From contig DAIMEC010000001.1 of the NCBI GenBank assembly GCA_036725465.1, forward strand, positions 1-40,141: 40,141 nucleotides of DNA, written 5' to 3'. The stretch is from Bacillota bacterium (GTDB lineage Bacteria > Bacillota > Clostridia > Peptostreptococcales > Anaerovoracaceae). This document shows, in pieces, positions 35,272-40,141 of the stretch (the first letter of the stretch is position 1; each line of letters begins with the position of its first letter). The notes beneath the pieces were generated by a model. It had not been told where the DNA came from. It saw only the letters and a program-made list of their open reading frames with translations, and ran no database searches. A program made the position numbers and the translations under genes.

Positions 35272-35862
35272 TCAGATCTTTTGCTTAAAAAAACCGTGCT
35301 TATTGCAGTATGCATATATCATACCTCTTCCGCTCCTTTGTATCCTGAAACCGGGATCCTGTTCCGGATAAAGCTTCACCGTCTGTATCCTGTCAAATGT
35401 AGCATATACAAAAAAAGAGATATAATGGTCTTTTTCCATAGGATGATCAAGAGTCACATAGTACTCATCCTCTATTTCATTTATACTCATCCTGTGCTGC
35501 AGCGAAGCCTCATCTCCATCCTCAGCTGTTTCCGCTTCCAGAGGAGGCAGCGTTATCCCGCAGCAGCTGAATGCCCCTTCTCCTGTGGAGCTGATGACAT
35601 TCCCGCAAACCGGACACACATAGAAATTACATTTGAGCATATTTGCTGATTTATTGCGGTTGATCATGTATTCCCCCGATAAAAGCTCTGCCACTGAAAC
35701 ATTAAGAGCTTTTGCCAGGGGCTCTATCAGAGTTATATCCGGCAGGCCTTTGCCTGTTTCCCACTTGGAGATCGTCTTGTCGCTCACGGAAAGTATGTCC
35801 GCCAGCTGTTTCTGTGTGTACTTCTTATTTTCCCGCAGAGTTCTTATTATCTCCGATAACAT
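35272..35862 (-). CDS. XRE-family HTH domain fused to a desulforedoxin-like Cys4 domain and a superoxide-reductase (desulfoferrodoxin centre II)-like domain.
   Basis: N-terminal HTH_3 (YTQKQLADILSVSDKTISKWETGKGLPD). Dx-type CPVCGNVISSTGEGAFSCCG. SOR-like ligand contexts LQH, HPMEKDHYISFF and YCNKHGFF. 196 aa. Confidence 0.75.
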   Translation of the reverse strand: MLSEIIRTLRENKKYTQKQLADILSVSDKTISKWETGKGLPDITLIEPLAKALNVSVAELLSGEYMINRNKSANMLKCNFYVCPVCGNVISSTGEGAFSCCGITLPPLEAETAEDGDEASLQHRMSINEIEDEYYVTLDHPMEKDHYISFFVYATFDRIQTVKLYPEQDPGFRIQRSGRGMIYAYCNKHGFFKQKI

Positions 35863-36086
35863 AGTTCGTCATATCTTTTTTCCTTTCATTTTCCTCTTTG
35901 GACATGATACTATTTTTCAGGAACAAAAGAAACCTCCGCTTCGTAGAGTTTTATATCTGTAACCCGTGACCGTTTCCAATCATCCGTATTTTGAGATATG
36001 TCTTTGGGGATATTATTTTGAAATATATCTCCTTGATATATTCCTCCATCCTTACATATCCATTGCTAATGCTCTTTCTGCTCATC

Positions 36087-36134
36087 AAAAAACCCCTGCA
36101 AACTTGAAAATTCAGAGTTTACAAGGGGTTTTTT
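36087..36134 (-). terminator. Rho-independent terminator after the tRNA pair. It looks bidirectional, with an A-run and a T-run flanking an imperfect 11-12 bp stem.
   Basis: AAAAAACCCCTGCAAAC...GTTTACAAGGGGTTTTTT. On the minus strand the stem is followed by TTTTTTG. Confidence 0.7.
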
Positions 36135-36136
36135 CC

Positions 36137-36212
36137 TGGTGGAGCATACGGGGATCGAACCCGTGACCTCTTGACTGCCAGTCAAACGCGCTCCCAGCTG
36201 CGCTAATGCCCC
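36137..36212 (-). tRNA. tRNA-Ala (anticodon GGC).
   Basis: Hand-folded 76-nt cloverleaf from GGGGCAUUAGCGCAGCUGGGAGCGCGUUUGACUGGCAGUCAAGAGGUCACGGGUUCGAUCCCCGUAUGCUCCACCA. It has the G3:U70 identity pair, anticodon loop CUGGCAG, a T-loop UUCGAUC and an encoded CCA. Confidence 0.9.
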
Positions 36213-36218
36213 CTGCTA

Positions 36219-36294
36219 TGGAGCCACCTGCCGGGGTCGAACCGGCCACCTGCACGTTACGAATGTGCTGCTCTGCCGGATGAGCTAAGGTGGC
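36219..36294 (-). tRNA. tRNA-Thr (anticodon CGU).
   Basis: Hand-folded 76-nt cloverleaf from GCCACCUUAGCUCAUCCGGCAGAGCAGCACAUUCGUAACGUGCAGGUGGCCGGUUCGACCCCGGCAGGUGGCUCCA. It has anticodon loop UUCGUAA and an encoded CCA. The 31:39 position is an A-C mismatch. Confidence 0.85.
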
Positions 36295-36326
36295 ATTATT
36301 TTCTTCCGTCAAAAACGTACAATGGT

Positions 36327-36355
36327 ATTCTACTATGGCACAAAACTTCCGTCAA
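36327..36355 (-). promoter_or_regulatory. Sigma-A promoter for the tRNA-Thr/tRNA-Ala unit (TTGACG-N17-TAGAAT).
   Basis: The minus strand reads TTGACGgaagttttgtgccatagTAGAAT, about 30 nt upstream of the tRNA-Thr 5' end. The decamer TTGACGGAAG recurs immediately before the tRNA. Confidence 0.5.
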
Positions 36356-36399
36356 GACAGACATTAAAAAATTTATCCGGCAATATATTTATTATAGCT

Positions 36400-39300
36400 T
36401 CATATTTTCTCGAAACGGCACTGGGAAAATGCGGTATCGAATCTGCATATCCCTCTGTAATCGCAATATGTACATGATGTGTATGCGTTTTTTCTCTTCG
36501 GGCTTTTGGATATATTCCCCTGCACAATACTTCTGCACATACCGTCTGCCTTCTCATATACCGCAGACAGCATATCATTAAACTCCTTTTCTTCCATTGC
36601 CCTTCCTTTGCCTTTGGAAGAAAGAACCGTCGTATCTCCTCCTGATATACTTGCCAGAACTTCGGGTTTATTTACCATTACACCGTCCATTCTAAAGGCT
36701 TTTCTTATATTCTCTTCAAGTTCCGAACGGAATATTTCATTTTGAGAATAATCCATATCTCCGGCATCTATATCCGGCTCTTTTACATGGAAATAAAATG
36801 TGCCTGCAGGGTATCTTTTTTTATCTTCGCTTTTTTCTTTTCCGGTGGCAGCTCTTAGATAAAGTATAAGTTGAAGCTTTATTCCTGCTTTCACTTCTTT
36901 TTCATCATATTTGTCTGCCCCCGACTTGTAATCAATTACTTTTACATTTTGTCCCGGTAGCATGTCCACCCGGTCTATTTTCCCTTCGATATATATTTTG
37001 GTCTCTTTCTCTGTTTCTTCCTGCCCGGGCCATATTTCTACGGGACCGATCCTTTTGTTCCGCCCAAATGGCTCTTCAAATGCCATTTTTTCTATTCTTC
37101 CTCTCCTTACGTGCTCTATCATCTGCCAGGAAGCTTCTTCGCATACCTCTTCGATCCTTTTGCTTCTATAGCTTTGTTCTCCCCTCCCGCTCAGAATGCC
37201 TTCTCTGTAATTACTTTTTTCGGCTGCCACAAAATCATGCACCATTTGTCTGCATTGATCACGGTTGACTGTCATCCACGGCGACCCCTCTGATGTTACA
37301 GGTATATCTGTCGTGAGTGCTTTGGAAAGCAGCATAAGACATTTATGATAAATATCTCCCATATCAGCCGGCCCCACTTCATACTGTTTTCTCTCATCCG
37401 GGTGAAGACCATACCTGACAAAATGTGAAAAAGGGCATCTTCCGTAGCATTCCAGTCTTGAAGGACTTATGGAGATGGAACCTTTTTCTGATATCCCATA
37501 AAGAATATCCGTCAAAGCTTTTTGAGGATTTTTTTCTTTGCCTTTATAAAGAAGCCCTTCCTTTATCATCGCCAGTTCTGTTTCCCCTTTTTCTCTATAC
37601 CAGGACATGACCTCTTTCCATGGTTCCTCCAGTGCTTCTCCCGTCTTTTTTCTTCCAAGAGCATGGGTGAGATGATTAAGTGTGCTTTTTTCAGACTCCA
37701 CCAAGTCAAAAACATCACCTCTGCTGACTATATCCTTTTTCACTTCCGCATTGGGAAATATATCTCTTATTTTTGAAAAGAGTGAAGACGGCTTCAGCCT
37801 CTTCCCTTCCGTATCTGAAGCAGCCCAGCTGATCCATATCAGGTCTTTGGCCTTTGTAAGGTTTCTGTAAATTGCCAGATCCTCTTCCATGTTGCGCAAC
37901 CGATCTATTTTGCATATCTCTATTCCGTTATTAACAAGAAACATTTTTTCGTCTTCGCTTAGTATATCCTCCCCGCTTACATTAGCGGGCAACACCCCCT
38001 CATTGGCCCCCAGTATCATCATTATTTTTACGCTACTTATTCTGGTCCTTTGCATGGTCCCCATTATAAGCCCATCGGCAGCAGGAGGAAGGACTCCTAT
38101 CTCTACCGAGGAAAATCCGGCTTCAAAAAGCAAGGCATAATCCTTCATGGAGATCTTTTCTTGACCTATTATTTCTACCATCTGATCCATTAGTCCCGCT
38201 GTGACATTCCATATCTGTGCTGTTTCTTCAGCTTCCTCAAGATGTCCGACATGCTTTTGCTGTGAAATCAGTGTCTCTGTTTTTTCAGGCACTCCTGATT
38301 TATCCGCAAGAAAATCATAAAGTAATGCGGTTTTTTCATTTACAGTCCTGGCTTCTTTTAGTCCGGTCCCCAGGGCTTTCATGGGCTCCACAAGCCGTGA
38401 TCTTAAATCATTCAGTTCTTTTATCCCGTCTTTTCCGTATTCTGTCTCCCCTTTTACAAATTCTTTTTTCCATGCGGATCCTCTTACTTTATATTTGTGT
38501 GAATAGTTTTCCAGTTCTTCGATTTCATTGTTTTCAAAACCTGCCAGTCCTGTTTTCAGCATACTGAAAACATCCTCGGTTTTATATCCGCCACCGATAA
38601 TATTAAGCAGGGAAATAATATAACTGACTATGGGGCTATGCATTATGTCTCTTTTCCTGTCCATAAAAAGTTCTATACCGTATTCTGCAAAAACTCTTTT
38701 GCAGATACTTCCCCGCTCCGTCATGTCGTTACATATGACTGAAATATCCTTATAGCTTATCCTTTTTTCTCTCACGGTTTTTCTTACAAAAGCAGCTGCG
38801 GTTTCTGCCTCTGTATAAAAGTTTGCCGCTTCGATAAGTTCTATTCCTTCAGTTATATCATGTGCACCGGCGGGCAATGAAAATACTTCTTTCTCCAGTT
38901 TGTCAATTACGGGAGCTCTCTTAGCAAGATATTCCCTTCCTATCCTGAAACAATTTTCAGGCCGGAGCCTTTTTATCATTTCACCTGTTATACCAAAAAG
39001 TTCTTTGTCCGGACCACGGTCATCCCAGGTCATAACTATATTGACCTCAGCAGATGCATTACGTAGTTTGCTTATGACTTGCAAATTTTTTGGGGTAAAG
39101 TAATCAAACCCGTACACCCAAACTGTTTTTTTTCGTATTTTTTTTGAGTCCTGTATTTTCGCCGAAAAAATGTCGATCTGATCTTCTGTGTCTATATACT
39201 TTCCTTTTATTCTTTTTTCATATTCCGTATATATTTTTTCTATATCCGACAGTTTTCTGAAAAGAAAACTTTTATTATCAACATGTTCTTTTATTTCTGC

Positions 39301-39711
39301 CAGCATTTCCGGCGATACTCCGTACTGCTTCATTTCGGATATAAAATTGTTTGTCATATCTATAAAAGTACTGCTTGAACAGGATCCCTTGTATAATTCC
39401 AATTCATTGCTTATCTTCATTAGTATTCTGGAAAGCAGCATATGCCTGCCTCTTTTGTCTATCAGTGTCTTTCTCCCGCCGCCTGTTTCAGATAGTATAA
39501 TGGTGGCCAGGCGGGAAAAGCTCATTATCTCCATATCCAAAAGTATCTTTTCATTTAAATAAAAAAAGGCATCCCTCTCTGCTTGCAGAGTATACTGATC
39601 CGGTACTATCATTATTACTTCTCTGTTATTCTGCTGCCGGCTTCTTTTTATGCTTTCAAATATGAATTTTTCTTTTATGAGATCTTCTCGACCATAATAA
39701 ACATTCAGCAT
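36400..39711 (-). CDS. addB: ATP-dependent helicase/nuclease subunit B (AddB/RexB) with C-terminal RecB-type nuclease and Fe-S cluster domain.
   Basis: 1103 aa. Nuclease motif GKIDRVD...VIDYKSG. Fe-S cysteines CYGRCPFSHF plus CTYCDYRGIC. No N-terminal GKT Walker A was visible (RexB-like degenerate ATPase). RBS AAAGGAG. Confidence 0.9.
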   Translation of the reverse strand: MLNVYYGREDLIKEKFIFESIKRSRQQNNREVIMIVPDQYTLQAERDAFFYLNEKILLDMEIMSFSRLATIILSETGGGRKTLIDKRGRHMLLSRILMKISNELELYKGSCSSSTFIDMTNNFISEMKQYGVSPEMLAEIKEHVDNKSFLFRKLSDIEKIYTEYEKRIKGKYIDTEDQIDIFSAKIQDSKKIRKKTVWVYGFDYFTPKNLQVISKLRNASAEVNIVMTWDDRGPDKELFGITGEMIKRLRPENCFRIGREYLAKRAPVIDKLEKEVFSLPAGAHDITEGIELIEAANFYTEAETAAAFVRKTVREKRISYKDISVICNDMTERGSICKRVFAEYGIELFMDRKRDIMHSPIVSYIISLLNIIGGGYKTEDVFSMLKTGLAGFENNEIEELENYSHKYKVRGSAWKKEFVKGETEYGKDGIKELNDLRSRLVEPMKALGTGLKEARTVNEKTALLYDFLADKSGVPEKTETLISQQKHVGHLEEAEETAQIWNVTAGLMDQMVEIIGQEKISMKDYALLFEAGFSSVEIGVLPPAADGLIMGTMQRTRISSVKIMMILGANEGVLPANVSGEDILSEDEKMFLVNNGIEICKIDRLRNMEEDLAIYRNLTKAKDLIWISWAASDTEGKRLKPSSLFSKIRDIFPNAEVKKDIVSRGDVFDLVESEKSTLNHLTHALGRKKTGEALEEPWKEVMSWYREKGETELAMIKEGLLYKGKEKNPQKALTDILYGISEKGSISISPSRLECYGRCPFSHFVRYGLHPDERKQYEVGPADMGDIYHKCLMLLSKALTTDIPVTSEGSPWMTVNRDQCRQMVHDFVAAEKSNYREGILSGRGEQSYRSKRIEEVCEEASWQMIEHVRRGRIEKMAFEEPFGRNKRIGPVEIWPGQEETEKETKIYIEGKIDRVDMLPGQNVKVIDYKSGADKYDEKEVKAGIKLQLILYLRAATGKEKSEDKKRYPAGTFYFHVKEPDIDAGDMDYSQNEIFRSELEENIRKAFRMDGVMVNKPEVLASISGGDTTVLSSKGKGRAMEEKEFNDMLSAVYEKADGMCRSIVQGNISKSPKRKNAYTSCTYCDYRGICRFDTAFSQCRFEKI

Positions 39712-39721
39712 TTGTCTCCTT

Positions 39722-40141
39722 TCATCCTTCCAGAATTTCTAACAGATCATCTGCTTTTTCTATAATATGATCCGGCCCATTCCCGCTTTTTATTTCATCT
39801 TTCTTTACTGCGATTGCCCAGCCCACAAGAACAGATTCCACTCCTGCGTTTTTCGCACAAGTGATATCATGCATAGTATCACCAAGCATTATGCTTTTTT
39901 CGGGCTTGGAGCAAAGCTTTTTTAGTGTTATTTCAAGAGGCTCCGGATCGGGTTTGTGTTTTTTACAGTCCTCCATGGTGACTACTGCATCAAAATACTG
40001 CCACAGATCGTATTTGCTCAAACCCTGTGCTGTGGTCACTGCCAGGCGGGATGTCACCAATCCTGTTTTATAACCCCGCTTCTTGATTTCCGAAAGAACT
40101 TCCATCATACCGGGAAATATGGTTATCCTTTCTTTGAAACT
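39722..40141 (-). CDS. HAD-superfamily hydrolase (phosphoglycolate phosphatase / PpaX-like). The 5' end is truncated by the window edge.
   Basis: The frame stays open to position 40141 (SFKERITIFPGMMEVL...). HAD motif II GLVTS and motifs III/IV KPDPEP and MLGDTMHDI. Confidence 0.8.
   Translation of the reverse strand, partial: SFKERITIFPGMMEVLSEIKKRGYKTGLVTSRLAVTTAQGLSKYDLWQYFDAVVTMEDCKKHKPDPEPLEITLKKLCSKPEKSIMLGDTMHDITCAKNAGVESVLVGWAIAVKKDEIKSGNGPDHIIEKADDLLEILEG

Noticed and set aside
33545-36136. A genomic island integrated at the 3' end of tRNA-Ala, comprising the HTH-Dx-SOR and C1 peptidase genes.
   Set aside because: I found no integrase, recombinase, direct repeat of the tRNA 3' end or other mobility gene. 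A clean terminator follows the tRNA.
35966-36578. Track ORFs 35966-36166 (+), 36112-36312 (-) and 36333-36578 (-).
   Set aside because: The first two run through the terminator and the two tRNA genes. The third overlaps the 3' end of addB and the tRNA promoter. None has an RBS or a recognisable protein signature.
1-40141. CRISPR arrays, tandem repeats, IS elements, prophage genes and restriction-modification or other defence genes.
   Set aside because: Reading both strands and all intergenic gaps (all 275 nt or shorter) revealed no repeat-spacer periodicity, no terminal inverted repeats and no transposase- or integrase-like ORFs. The only repeats seen are short promoter, terminator or operator-scale elements.

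Overview
This is a dense, AT-rich chromosomal segment of Firmicutes/Clostridia type, judged from gene content, RBS style and extended -10 promoters. I call 34 protein-coding genes, 31 on the minus strand and 3 on the plus strand, plus 2 tRNAs, with both edge genes truncated. I found no CRISPR array, transposase, integrase, phage gene or recognisable defence module. Most of the window is housekeeping: proS, ispF, PIN/TRAM yacL-like, carD, radA, greA-lysS-asnS, addB, cysK, a cyclophilin, a Nudix hydrolase, a split chromate-transporter pair and a two-component system. The less ordinary content is as follows. (1) A reductive-pyrimidine-catabolism-like gene set: preT-preA, an M20 carbamoyl-amidohydrolase, a GabT-type aminotransferase and a sigma-54 enhancer-binding protein. 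It is split by an unrelated cysK/beta-CASP unit, lacks a dihydropyrimidinase in-window, and has a candidate -24/-12 promoter in front of preT. (2) An XRE-HTH protein fused to a desulforedoxin plus superoxide-reductase-like domain that keeps the metal ligands but lacks the catalytic Glu/Lys. (3) An EF-G paralog whose G3 motif has Phe in place of the catalytic His. (4) Two tandem long-chain acyl-CoA-synthetase paralogs translationally coupled to an alanine/ornithine-racemase-family gene. (5) addB followed by two tRNA genes instead of addA. (6) A small accessory-looking stretch encoding an FN3-FN3-3D secreted protein, a QueG/RdhA-like Fe-S protein and DJ-1. I cannot point to a convincing new multi-gene system. 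The HTH-Dx-SOR fusion and the sigma-54/pyrimidine locus are the best leads, and both need database and experimental checks that I cannot run here.
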